DNA of 64,000 nucleotides from Chrysomallon squamiferum (Eukaryota > Animalia > Mollusca). Location: positions 5,890,001-5,954,000 of the forward strand of contig CM022666.1 in NCBI GenBank assembly GCA_012295275.1. Direction: 5' to 3'. Within the stretch, counting starts at the first letter, position 1. Each line of letters starts with the position of its first letter. Of this stretch, positions 42,115-55,366 are shown piece by piece. The notes beneath the pieces were generated by a model. The model did no database searches. It worked only from the letters and a program-made list of their open reading frames with translations, and was not told where the DNA came from. Both the position numbers and the translations under genes were made by a program.

Positions 42115-42987
42115 TTTGTGTAACAACTTTTAATTCCTTTAGAAGTAATCTGCAAAACATGACAAAATAAATAAATAAATAAATAAATATTATTAGCAAT
42201 AAATACACACTATTTGGAATGCTGCTCGATATAAGTTGGATCTTTTTGTATTGAGTGACACACAGACACACACACGCATATACCTACTCTGTTTGCACAT
42301 TGCATCGTTTTCGAAAGTTGCCGTCTAGGAGAAGGTCGAACACGTATTTGTGCCAGTAACTGATGTTGCAGTAACACAGTGAGTCACCAGCTGTAAAGCT
42401 TCCTATGGCTGGTTCCGTACTATCGTAAACTGAATATTGATCGTAACGCTGACTGTGTAATTAACAAACTGTGACAATTGATTATAACATATATGTCCAT
42501 ACAGGACAAATATAAACTATATATAATATCAAACATCCACTATGAACACCAAAACAAAACACAATATTTATATTACAAAGATAATTATTTATTTTACAAA
42601 TGTATTCTTATTATTTAGTGGTTGAGGACGTGGGAGTTGGCGTTAAATGAAATATTATAATTCTTAAATCTTTTGATTTGAAAATGTTGTGATTGTAGCC
42701 TATAATCCTTTTAACAATTTGGTAGAAAACACGTATAGTCCTCTAATCCTCGGACATGGTGCATACCGTAGTAAAAACAAAGTCTATTTGACCACTAAGA
42801 ATCTACTCAGTGAAAACTCGCAAGTACATAAAGTATGTCCCTCCATTTCTCACCGTTTCTGCGACGGACACGCCCGCTGACCTGTCAGAAAGCGTGCCCG
42901 TCGTAGAGGTGCTTCACAACAGCTTGCTCCGATTAGCACGTTAATTGTTTGTTTTTTTCAAGGTTCAAGATTTCTCACATAAGAACC

Positions 42988-43523
42988 ATGGCTGAGTTAA
43001 GACATTCAGAATTTGTTACTTCATCGAGAGGCACTCCACAAATTCTCCTTGATGGATTCCTGTACAGCAAAGAGTACAGCCCGACAGACAGCACAACACT
43101 GGAGATGCCTCAGCAAGACTTGCAAGGGAAAATGTTCAACAGTCGGTGACTTTCTCAAGGAACATCTCACACCACCCCTATCCTCAAGAAGATGTCAACC
43201 ATGTCAGGTCTCTCTATGCAATGCGCACGGAAGCAAGGGAGGAAACAACGCAGATGCACACGATTTACGACCATCAAGTGTCAATACAAGATCCCACTCA
43301 TCTGCCGACCCTACCCTCCTTTAGCAGCATGAGAAGAGCTCTCTACAGGCGCCGCAGAAAGACAATCCCTGTGTTACCCCAGACCAGAGCCGAAGTAGAT
43401 CTTGAAGATGACTGGACCAGGATCACAGATGACGAGCGCTTCCTTCTGTTCAGTGATGGGGAAGAGAGAGAGAACAAGATTTCGCCTTGTTCACATATCA
43501 GCAGTTACGAGCCCTTCAAATAA
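42988..43523 (+). pseudogene. FLYWCH / Mutator-like transposase fragment (third copy, most diverged of the three)
   Basis: MAELRHSEFVTSSRGTPQILLDGFLYSK.../...HWRCLSKTCKGKCST.../...PSFSSMRRALYRRRRKTIPVLP...ERFLL. Confidence 0.7.
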
Positions 43524-44173
43524 AATAAAGACAAAAATAAAAATGAGATTAATAAATCAAATCAAATGAAAATCAAAAAATGATAAAAATAAAATAAATA
43601 AGAATGAATTTTTTGAAACTAAAATAAATAAATAAATAAAAATAAAACATAATAATTTAAAAAGGTAAAAAGTAAAGTAAAATAAATAAATGAAAATAAA
43701 TAAACTAAGAAATAATAAATAAATAAATAAATAAACAATGTAAATTAAAATTTAAAAAATATATAAAAACATAAACATGATAAAAATAAAATAAATTAAA
43801 ACAATAAAATAAATGTGTAAATCATAAAATTTAAATAAATAAAAATGAATAAAAATGATAAAATGTAAAGTACAATAAAATTAATTAAATAAATAAAGTC
43901 CATAATGGATACTCAGTCTGTTGAAACTTTGTTTGGTTAGAAGTTCAAAGTGAGAAGTGGACAGCATCATAAACAAAAAAAATAGACATCTACGTGACAA
44001 CAACATTAGAGACTCAAAATAGTCCAAAACACCCCACCAGTATTTTAGAAACTTATATATTTACTTATTTAAGCGAAAAGTACCCAACCATTAAAAATAA
44101 TAAAAACGACAACAGCAATAATAATAATAACAATACTACTACTACTACTAATAATAATAATAAAAATTAGAAG

Positions 44174-44205
<32 letters not shown>

Positions 44206-44443
44206 AATAATAATAATAAAAATTACAACAATAATAATAATAATAAAAATTACAACAATAATAATAATGTTAGTTATCTATTCACATTCTGATGTTACCG
44301 TTAAATTCAAAGCTGGCAAATTCTCTTCTGGTATTTAGTTAATCTGTCAATTACTCTGAAAGGTTCTTCAAATTGTTGATGTCGTAATTAACAGTAAACT
44401 GGATACTGTGTTAATTCAGTTTTGATGAATAGCAAAATGTAAT

Positions 44444-44942
44444 GGAGGTATTTCACATTCCTATTGCACGTGTTCGCGAAGAGTAACGTCCCTTGACAAA
44501 CTAGACTGGAACTAGTCTGTTTACAAATTGAGGAGCGTAACAGACAGATTGTTATGGGCGACATGACTGGCTTCGTAGCAGACTTTAAACTTTGGCAACT
44601 AACGTGTACGTATTTCGAATTAGAAGGTATAATGTCCGTAGAAAAGGGTCATAATGAAATTTACAGCGGAACGATTCAAATTAAAAAGCTGTGCAACAAC
44701 TTGGACAGAGTCTTTGCGACTCGTACCCGAGGGTTTTGATAACGACAGGTTAAAAGACTATTTCGTAAAAAGTACAAAGAAAATATTTGTCAGGGATTCC
44801 ATACGCTCGTTTAAAACTTTGAAAATTTATAAGTATTTCTCGTAAGGATATATATAATTTGTTTACTGGAAACACGTGCATGCATAAAACTGTAAATACT
44901 CTACCATGTCAAAATGTATGTATGCGTCTCAGTATATTATAT
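44444..44942 (+). mobile_element. Left part of the ISL2EU-like element, cut by the gap
   Basis: AT|GGAGGTATTTCACATTCC at 44444, and the same WTESLRL...IYKYFS remnant as at 28264. Confidence 0.6.
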
Positions 44943-45142
44943 NNNNNNNNNNNNNNNNNNNNNNNNNNNNNNNNNNNNNNNNNNNNNNNNNNNNNNNNNN
45001 NNNNNNNNNNNNNNNNNNNNNNNNNNNNNNNNNNNNNNNNNNNNNNNNNNNNNNNNNNNNNNNNNNNNNNNNNNNNNNNNNNNNNNNNNNNNNNNNNNNN
45101 NNNNNNNNNNNNNNNNNNNNNNNNNNNNNNNNNNNNNNNNNN
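44943..45142. other. Scaffold gap (200 N)
   Basis: Run of exactly 200 N. Confidence 0.99.
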
Positions 45143-46029
45143 CGGTAGTACTTCGTTCCGGTTACACGTATTGCTGAGCAAGACGGTCTGTAAGAAGAGC
45201 AGTTTTTACTCGACAACATCGTCGACTACGATGTCAGTGGTGTCAAGTGCACAGAGTCTGGCCTTAATTGCGATGGAGAACTGTCTGGTTTAGTGAAGCG
45301 GCTAGATTTCTGCTTCGTCGATCTGATGGAAGATGTCGAGTTTACAGACGTCGTGGTGAACATTTTACTGCAAACTGCATGCAGGAAGCGGACAGATTTG
45401 GCGGTGGTAGTGTGATGGTGTGGGCAGCAATCTCATACACTGGCAGGACCAACCTGGTTCACATCCAAGGCAACTTAACGGCACAAATACCGAGATGAAA
45501 TTTTGCAGCCACATGTCGCTCCAATTATGAATAATGGGAACGCTGTATTCCAGCACGACAATGCGAGATCACATACAGCCAGACTCACAACAGCGTACCT
45601 CCACAACAATAACATTCAGTTCCTGTCCTGGCCCTCTAAATCTCCGGATTTGAACCCTGTAGAGCATTTATGAGACGAGTTGGATAGACAACTGAGGCAG
45701 CATCAACCGAAGCCACAGAATGGTGCTCAGTTGGCATTATTACTACAGACAGAGTGGGCCACCATTCCACACGGTGTAATTCGTAATGTCATTACTGCCA
45801 TGGGAAGGAGATGTCAGGCAGTTCTGGACTCCCATGGTGAGCACAAAAGATACTGATATTATACTGTTATAACCTTGAACTTTAACCTTTTCAATTTAAT
45901 ACCATCAATATTAATGAACTGCGAAAATGTGTGTAAAATGTGAACATTCTGCTGCTTTCTGTTGATCCATTAGACAGATATTCCCAAAGTCAATAAAATC
46001 TACTTTTGCATTTCTTTTTTATTAGAGTA
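45143..46029 (+). mobile_element. 3' portion of a defective Tc1 (DD34E) transposon
   Basis: Encodes WFSE..RF, GGGSVMVWAAIS, FQHDNA, WPSKSPDLNPVEHL with stops and frameshifts; right TIR ...catttcttttttattagagta followed by TA. Confidence 0.9.
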
Positions 46030-47699
46030 TATCATCTGATGTAAATTTAGCTTTCATGACTCCATGCGTATAAGTTAGGTCACGAAAAATTGCGTCCTAT
46101 TTTTGTGGTACTACGGTGTTTTTATGCTGTGTACTGGAGTAGACACTGACATGCACAGTTAGGCAAAACTATGATAAAATGGAAGTGTACAGGTAAAAAA
46201 AATGTTAAAATATAAGGTTATTCAACTTACTGGGTAAAAAGAATTAAGTTGGGTAAACGTGCACTGTGTGGAACATCTACGAACGTGCATACGATTATGT
46301 CAGTTTAATTAATCTTTGCAGTCAATTCTTGCATGACACTAATCAGAGCAGAGGTGAGCTGGAAAAATAACAACAAACACAAACAACACCAAAACAAAAA
46401 ACACCAAAATAAAAAAAAATAAAAAAAAACAATAACAAACAAAAATAACAGTACAAACATATCACAAGGAAAACGTAACAGCTGACTATTAACCAGGTAT
46501 TTTATTACTTTTTATTCAATCACTCTTCATTTGTTTTTAAAATTGTATAGTTGATCGTCGAGTTCAAATAGACTAGAGTTAACAGTTGTCACGTATTTCA
46601 AGCAGGTAGTGAAATGAGATATCGCTGCAAACCACATGTTACGAGTACATTCACAGCCAGCGAGGTCATTGTAACTTTGACTCAGAGAGAACACGTTGAC
46701 AGTGCATTTTATATCAACTGCGTCGCTTAGATAAACAGCTGCTCGAGTAGACCTACTTTTAAAGATAAAGAGTGCACTGGTGAGTTTTAAAGCTTTTCCA
46801 TTGAGCTACCTTTGTTATTGTCCGGCTTTTCAGACAGCAAATAAAACAGTCAAGGACGACTGCTTAACTATTAAAACGTAAACATGATATATGTGTGTGA
46901 ATGTGCACGTATGTAGGTGTATCTATATAAGTATGTGATATGTGCATGGTTATATAACAGCAACATTTAACATACTCTGTATAAAGTTAAAAAAAAAAAA
47001 TTCTCCATAATATAAAAATTAAATCATGTCACTGACTGGTGTAGAAGTAAACAGTAAGTTGAAAAATGCTCTAATTAATTTTAATTGTTATTACAAAAAC
47101 CAAAAAAGATTGGAAAAAAAAAAAAGAACAAGAAAATTACAAATGCAGAACAAGACATTTGTAATACTTTTAAAGTAACTATTCAAGTAATACAAAATAA
47201 TGAACAGGTGACAAGAGGTATCTCTGTAGTCTTTATTTAACGACAATAACAGAAGCAATAAATAATTATAATGAATATAGTGATGATGATAAATTTAATA
47301 ATAGTAGTAGCAGCAGCACTAATATAAATAGTAGTATTAAGAATAATACTAATAATGATGATTATATAGTAATAGTAGTGGCAGTAGTAATAGTGATGAT
47401 GATAATAAAATTAATAATCATAATATTATGATTCTATAATGCTTCTAAAAAACAAGAGAATGCTTTAAATAGATTGTTTATTATGCAAGCTGATACATGA
47501 AATTTTAACTGCAATATAACTGTATATATAAACATACTGTATAAAGAACATCCTTTTTAACAGGAACATCCATTCAATTTATATACAAAATCACTGACTA
47601 CAGAACACATTTTACATAGAACATTCCTAGAACACATTCACTGTACAAAGAAAAGCCATTATGCATGGAGTATTCTTTATCATTGAACACATAAAATTA

Positions 47700-48045
47700 A
47701 TTATCTTTACAACATCCATAGATGTACATGTACAAAATATCAGCTATACAAAAACATCTAGAAAAGAACATCCATTGTGTACAGAACATCCACCATACAA
47801 GAACAGTCACTGTTCACTTAACATCTACTGTACTTGAGAATCCAATGTACAGTGTATACAAAACATCTGTACAAAATCATCTTTTTACACAAGACATAGA
47901 CTGTAGAACAGTTACTGTACACAAAACATATACTGCAGAAGAAAACATATTGCACATAGAATATCAACTGTACTAGAGCATCCATTGCACAAAGAATATC
48001 CAGTGTACACAGAACATCTATTGTATAAGAATATCCATTGCACAA
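47700..48045 (+). repeat. Degenerate ~18-bp minisatellite (agaacatccantgtanac-like), downstream of copy 9
   Basis: Recurrent agaacatc[ct]a..gt units; longer version at ~59270-59640 and a remnant at ~29778-29865. Confidence 0.7.
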
Positions 48046-48654
48046 TGTGAGTAAAACCTAAAATAATAGTAAATAAAACCTAAAGCAGAGTCCATCTTTT
48101 GTGAACGATGACGATTTGCAATGATTATTTTATTAATTAAATTCTGGATGATGATGTAGACAATAAAATTCGGAATGATGAGGCTGACAGTAAGCTTAAT
48201 CCCAAGGCGTAGATTAGTTCATCTGCTTTGCTCTTGTAGCAACATATAAATTATCTGTTAATTCTCGACTATCTGTGATTACAGAAGCAATGTTTTTAAT
48301 GTTAAAGGAGGAGGACACGTGAACATCATCGAAACTGTTTTCATTTGTTTTGGTCCAGTCTAACGTACTCTATTGTGAAGTGAAAAGTTGTCAAAGTCAA
48401 ACGATAAGCAAAACATGCTCCTTCTCATATAGAAAGTCGGACAAAGAATCGTTTGATTAGGTCACCAGACTGAGGAAATTATTCTGTGACCTGTTAATTT
48501 TAACATTAAAAATGTACTGACAGTAAATTAATTTGTTAACTTTTACTTTTGATAAACGAACTTATTTATTTCATAATTCTTTGTGTTTTAAACTGAACTT
48601 AAATGTTCATGACTCCCTTAACAGTTCCTTATTCAAGATGTTCGTGTCTTTCTC

Positions 48655-49508
48655 TCAGAGCATATACAGTCCAAAGTAGGTTGTCTGAGGATCTCTCAAA
48701 ATTCTGTTCACAACTGATGTTCTCACCACTACAGTGTCATTGGCTTTCAGGTAGTAAACAGCTCCAATGTAGGAAGGAACAAAACCTTCCTGGTATCTTC
48801 CTACTTTGCATGTTGTTTGAGGATTTCTGTAGAGAACTTCATAATTTGGATATTTTTCAATTGAGTGACACAGCCTAGCGTATTCTAGCTCTCTCACTTG
48901 GTTGGCATGGAATAAAACGTTGCTGTATATGAAGTAGTAAGCAGCGTGTTTGACTTGAATCCCGTCAGCGACAACAGCAGCAGCTCCTTTCACAAACGAT
49001 CTTTTACCAGACGACGTCCATTTGATGAGAGGCTTCGAAATGTCTGAAAAGTTTGCAAGAATAAATGACCTTTAAATAATATTTCTATTTTAAATTTTCA
49101 ACGGATATAATTAGTATTACTAATATCTTTCTGTAACTACTACAAACTCCTGCTATTAACTAAATTACTACCATCACTGATATTATCACTACTAACACTG
49201 CTAGTACTATTGTTATCAGAGTTTCTACCATTATTTCCTTACCAATACTAATAACTAAGTGACTACTTCTACTACTACCAGAATCTTTTTTAAGTAGCTA
49301 CAACTATTACTTCTATTTTACTACTACCACATTTATTACCAAATCACCTCTTTCAACTGAGAATTACTACTATTAACTATTACTATTTGCTTCTTACTTT
49401 TGTTGTATGTTGCAGTCACATCCATTTGTAGATGAGCCGATGTCTTCACATTGTTTTTATTATTCAGACGATCAGCAGCCTCTCTAATCAGCTTAAGATT
49501 TTGTTCTG

Positions 49509-49554
<46 letters not shown>

Positions 49555-50519
49555 GTATGTGTGTATGTATACATATATACACACGAACAGACACACATAC
49601 CTTTATACATATATAGACTAGTACTCACGTAAATACAAATACATAGTTATAAAAACCTTTGTCAGTATTTAAATATATGAGGATATTTCTGCGTGTGCGT
49701 GTGAATCTTTTTATGTGTGAGTGTTTAGTTCTATGTATATAATGTGTGTGTCTGTGTGTGTATGTTTATTATTGTACTTGTAAACATGTCTTTGTGAACT
49801 TCTCACTTATTGTATGTCTCAGTCTTTATGTGTGTGTATACTTGTCTGTGTTCTGTGTTTATGCGACTTTGTGTTTTTATGTATGTCTGTGTGTGTATAT
49901 ATGTGTGTCTGTATTAACTTACCACTTTTCACAGCTTTTGTCTGACTTTCACTCAGTTTCTAAAAAGAAGATTAATAACCATTTTGAAACTCGTCCAAAA
50001 GAATCATTTTTAAATTTATAAATATATTTCAGCACTATTATTTTCTCCTTTTTCTTTATTCAAACACTGTTAAACGTATATGGATCTTTTTTCTTTTTTT
50101 GTTTTTTTTCTTTAATTTCATTGGGAATGAACTTTACTTTTTAATATATTTTATACAGAATTTACCTCTTTCTTAATTTGATATTCACATAAAACTTTTT
50201 TTTCGTCATTTCATTTAATGTATTTATGGAATTTTTTAGAAGATAAAACAGAATTTACCTTTTTCATAATTTCACTGATCACTTTTTCTCCATCTCTGTA
50301 ACAGCAATACGTGATATTGTTCCTGGTTCTCTTCGTAGATTTGACATCCCAACAGTTTTCTCCTGGTTTGCACGAGCTGTTCACACACAGTTCCTTGTCA
50401 AACAACAAGTTGGTTTCTCTGTTCAGAAATTCGTTTAATGTTACAGATACAATGAAACTGATGAGTATCAAGTTTAGTACCATAAGAGAAATGGCAATGA
50501 CTGGACGATTTGGTACCAT
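48655..50519 (-). CDS. TNF-superfamily ligand copy 9, intact, 264 aa (TNFSF10/TRAIL-like type II membrane protein; most divergent copy)
   Basis: Exons 50259-50519 (261), 49923-49959 (37), 49398-49505 (108) and 48655-49043 (389) total 795 nt, all GT-AG. N-terminal TM (PVIAISLMVLNLILISFIVSVTL) and Cys-rich stalk. TNF domain motifs: SAHL, LIKW, GIQV..AAYYFIYSNVLF, SYIGAVYYLKAND, TYFGLYML*. Confidence 0.9.
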
Positions 50520-50647
50520 TTTGTATAATAACTTTTAATTCCTTTAGAAGTAGCCTGTAAATTTCACAAAAACAAAAACAAAATGTATTAGTAATAAATG
50601 ATACCATCACTCACACACACACACACACATACACACACACACACACA

Positions 50648-50795
50648 CTGGATACAAATACTCACCACTGAAATCCAAAAGGCAGCACAGCGATGTCTAC
50701 AGGAGCAGATATCTGATACCACAAAGTTTGTCTCCAATTGTTGATGATGGTAAGTTTTTTTTTATATCACTGGAAAAAGGTGGAAATTGTATTAA

Positions 50796-50860
<65 letters not shown>

Positions 50861-51202
50861 AATAAAAAAGTAAAATAAAATAAAATAAAATAAAATAAAA
50901 TGTGAAATAAATAAAAATAAAAATCAGACATATTTTATATTTTTTACTTAAGACCAAAGCATAGGGAAAGCTATAATTATTATCTGGTAGACTGGAGATA
51001 TTCAAGATTTCTGTCAGATAATAACACCTCCACACACACACACACACAGACACACTGGATACAAATACTCACCACTGAAATCCAAAAGGCAGCACAGCGA
51101 TGTCTACAGGAGCAGATATCTGATGCCACAAAGTTTGTCTCCAATTGTTGATGATGGTAAGTTTTTTTTTATATCACTGGAAAAAGGTGGAAATTGTATT
51201 AA

Positions 51203-51261
<59 letters not shown>

Positions 51262-51445
51262 AATAAAAAAATAAAATAAAATAAAATAAAATAAAATAAA
51301 ATGTGAAATAAATAAAAATAAAAATCAGACATATTTTATATTTTTTACTTAAGACCAAAGCATAGGGAAAGCTGTAATTATTATCTGGTAGACTGGAGAT
51401 ATTCAAGATTTCTGTCAGATAATAACACCTCCACACACGCACACA
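50648..51445. repeat. Tandem duplication of a ~407-bp unit immediately upstream of copy 9
   Basis: ctggatacaaatactcaccactgaaatcc starts at 50648 and again at 51055; the units are nearly identical, including the (AAT)n tract. Confidence 0.9.
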
Positions 51446-52181
51446 CACACACACACACATAGAAACGTACCCACATAAATGATGTTGATTGTCTATGGCT
51501 CTCATTATATTTACCTGCCAACGCATGCGCAAGGTGCACCTTTTCCTTACCGCGTGATTTTGTTTTTTCAAGTTGGTACAATATCACAAAAATCCTGAAC
51601 AGCATTGTGAAGTTATAATTTTATACAAATACAGTGATACCTGTTGTCTTACGAGTTTTATTCATCCCGTGACGAAGCTCGTATATCAAATCAATTTTCC
51701 TAACTAAAATTAATTGAAATACCATTAATCCGTTCCAGCCCCCCGAAAAACATCCCATTTTTCTACTTCTTCTTTTTTTTGTTTTTTTTTGTTTTGTAAC
51801 CTGATTTTAAATAAGAAATGCGTATTTATAAATACAAATACTGTATAAAAACAAAATAAAAGATAATGTAAAGAAATAAATTAGTCGTGAAAAGTATATT
51901 TGTCTTGGAGATCAGACAAATTATATTAACTCCTTTGGCTGGAGTTACAGCCTTTACCGACTCCTTCTACTTCAGTATGGTACATATCGTAGAAGTACTA
52001 CACTCATACTGCCTAGCCAAGTCCACTAGATGCACACCTCTCTCGTGTTTTTCTATGAATTCTCAGCACTGTCCTTTGCGCTCACTTTCTTAGGATCCAT
52101 GGTCAGAAAAAAGAATATTTGACAAAATACTGCACAAAACGCGAGCACAACACAACAGAGATGCTTCAGCGGCGACACAGA

Positions 52182-53314
52182 GGAAAGTTCCAGCTCAGAT
52201 TTGTCATCTTACAGGTAATCGGAATAAATAACTGTAGTGATCCGTCTATTATTATAGGGCCAGGTATCAAAAATGTGTCAGAAATATCTCCCTGTGACGG
52301 AAGAATCTTCCTCAAAATGGCCTGTGTGAAGTGAAAAAAACATCCTTTGACAACGATTCTGGAAAATAGTAGTGGAAATTAAACACGGGTTTTATGGATG
52401 TTTGCATAATACGCGTTCGCACACACACGCGTACATTTTAACGTGAAATAACTGAATATTTCAGAATTTACATGTAAAGACTGGTTTCACTAATTGACTG
52501 TAATATATATAACTATGTGATGCGTATATTATTTAAAAAATATTGTTAGGATTTGTAAGTTTTGTTGTATTTTCTTATATTTTTATATTTTTAGATGAAG
52601 TTTGACGTGTTTCCTCACTGAATACAGAACACAATGGATTTTTGTTGCCACAGTTTTTTCTTATTAGATTATTCATGTGTTCATACTTTTGTTTAATAGA
52701 TGTTACTTGTGAGTGGATTTCTTTGATGTTTGTCACGTTTTGAATCCTACTGTTGTTGTTGTTGTTGTTGATATTTTTATTATTATTAATTTATTTGTTT
52801 ATTTATTGGCATTGTTGTTGTTGTTGTTGCTATTTATTCAATTAATTAATGTATTTATTTTATTTATATGGAGATTATATTTATTTCATATTTATTATAT
52901 ACACAGATAATATTTTTTCAATTAATTTTGTTAAATAATGTTTACTGTACTCGGTAACACACACATTCTTTGGACAGTTGCCAGTATATCAAATAACAAC
53001 GTATTTAAACCATGATGTTGGCTTATTTTTGTCACGTTAACATTTACCGAGAATTAATAATCAATACTCTCTTTCTCCGGGAACTGGACTTTCCATCAAA
53101 GCTATGAATAGATGTGATTTCAGAAAAGTATTGTTATAAATAAATAAATTTGTTGTTGTTGTTGTTGTTGTAGTTTCTGTTGTCGAAAATTCAAATGAAT
53201 ATCGATACTTTTTTAATGAAATGCTCGGTTGATTCATTAACAAAGCAGTAACTAGGTCAGGAACGCCATTTGCAACACAAAGCACTATTCACAAAATGTG
53301 TGTGTGTGTGTGTC

Positions 53315-53386
<72 letters not shown>

Positions 53387-53606
53387 GGTTCATAATAAGA
53401 CTAGGAAGGTTCAGAACTAATGCGACTGGTAATTAGACGTGACGCGCTGATGTGGGCAGTGAATAACTAAACCGTACGAAGATTTAAACAAAAACATAAA
53501 ACAGATCGACAAAATGAAAAATAATATAAAGGGATACAGCATTTTAAACTTAAACAGTGTCACTGTTATTCTGTTTAAGATTTGTATTTATAAATATATA
53601 AATGTG

Positions 53607-53637
<31 letters not shown>

Positions 53638-53709
53638 CATATTTATCTTATTTATTTATTATATTTACTTTAACTTATATCTTTTTTATAATACAAATGC
53701 ATGTACCGG

Positions 53710-53755
<46 letters not shown>

Positions 53756-54549
53756 TACATACATATATGTCTACTTTGTTTGAATCTATTTTTATTTTAT
53801 TTTTATTTTGTTATATTTATTTATTTGCTCTAGGTTTCGTAGTTAAAGCATAGTCATTTAACATACTATGAATAAAATGAGCAAAGTTAATTTTTGTGTT
53901 TTGTTCATAAATAAACTGCATATTATAGTTGTTAATAGTAGTAGCAGTAGTTGCTGTTGTTGTTGTAGTTGTTGTTTTTGTTGTTGTTGCTACGATTGTT
54001 TTTGTTAAATATAGAGTACCGCGTAATTTCTAGTCCTGTGTCAACTGAGCCATAAACAACAAAAGGAAAACATGTAGTCTGTGTATCACACAGTGGAAAG
54101 TTCCAGCTCAAATTTGTCATCTTACACGTAATCAGAATAAATAAGTGTAGTGATCCATCTATTATTACACAGCCAGGAATATATTATTGTTGTTTTTATT
54201 TTTCTTGCTACGATTGTTTATATTCAATATATAGTACCGCGTAATTTCTATTCCTGTGACAACTAAGCCATAAACAACAAAAGGAAAACATGTAGTCTGT
54301 GTATCACACAGTGGAAAGTTCCAACCCGGATTTCTTACTTCACACGTAATCAGAATAAATAACTTTAGTCATCCATTTATTATCACACAGCCAGGGATAT
54401 AAAATTGTTGTTGTTGTTGTTGCTATTTATTCAGTTAATTAATGTATGTATTTTATTTATATGGAGATTATATTTATTTAATATTTATTATATACACAGA
54501 TAATATTTTTTTCAATTAATTTTGTTAAATAATGTTTACTGTATCTCAG

Positions 54550-54604
<55 letters not shown>

Positions 54605-54988
54605 TCTTTGGACAGTTGCCAGTGTTTCAAATAACAACATATTTAAATTGTGCTGTTGGCTTGTGTCACGTTGACCTTTTCCGAGAATTAATAATAAATA
54701 CTCTCTTTCTCCGGGAACAGGACTTTCCACCTAAGCTATAAACAGATGTGAGTCACTAGTTGAAATTTTATGGGAATCTTATTACTAGTAAACAGATTCA
54801 GAAAAGTATTGTTATAAAATAATAAATTTGTTGTTGTTGTTGTTGTTTGTGTTGTAGTTACTGTTGTTGAAAATTCAAATGAATATCGATACTTTTTTAT
54901 ATTTTTAATGAAATGCTCGGTTGATTCATTAACAAAGCAGTAACTAGGTCAGGAACGCCATTTGCAACACAAAGCACTATTCACAAAA

Positions 54989-55058
<70 letters not shown>

Positions 55059-55316
55059 TCTTGAGATTAAGGTTTCGAGAAGAAACAACATTTTTCAAGA
55101 ACCGAGCTTTTCCGTTACATGTAATCGTTAAATATAATATTCATAAATAAACAGACGTGAACTTATTACTTCTGTTGTACTGGTTGTTATTGTTGTAGTT
55201 CTTCTGATTATTCTGATTATTAATATTACGATTGCTGTTGCAGCGTCATACTGATCACGTTTTCAGTAACTGATTCTAATCGATATATAACAATACTATC
55301 ACGTGCCGGGATTTCC
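52182..55316. promoter_or_regulatory. Cluster of kappaB-like motifs within locally duplicated modules upstream of copy 9
   Basis: GGAAAGTTCC at 52182, 54095 and 54313; GGACTTTCC at 53086 and 54720; GGGATTTCC at 55308. Duplicated blocks at ~52815-53310/54405-55000 and ~53985-54180/54205-54400. Confidence 0.45.
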
Positions 55317-55366
55317 AGTAAGCAATCAGTATGTCAAGGTCGGTGTATATATAGAGAAAGGAACTA

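Noticed and set aside
44859-45293. ORFs spanning the N runs (also 17161-17715)
   Set aside because: Artefacts of translating across gaps.
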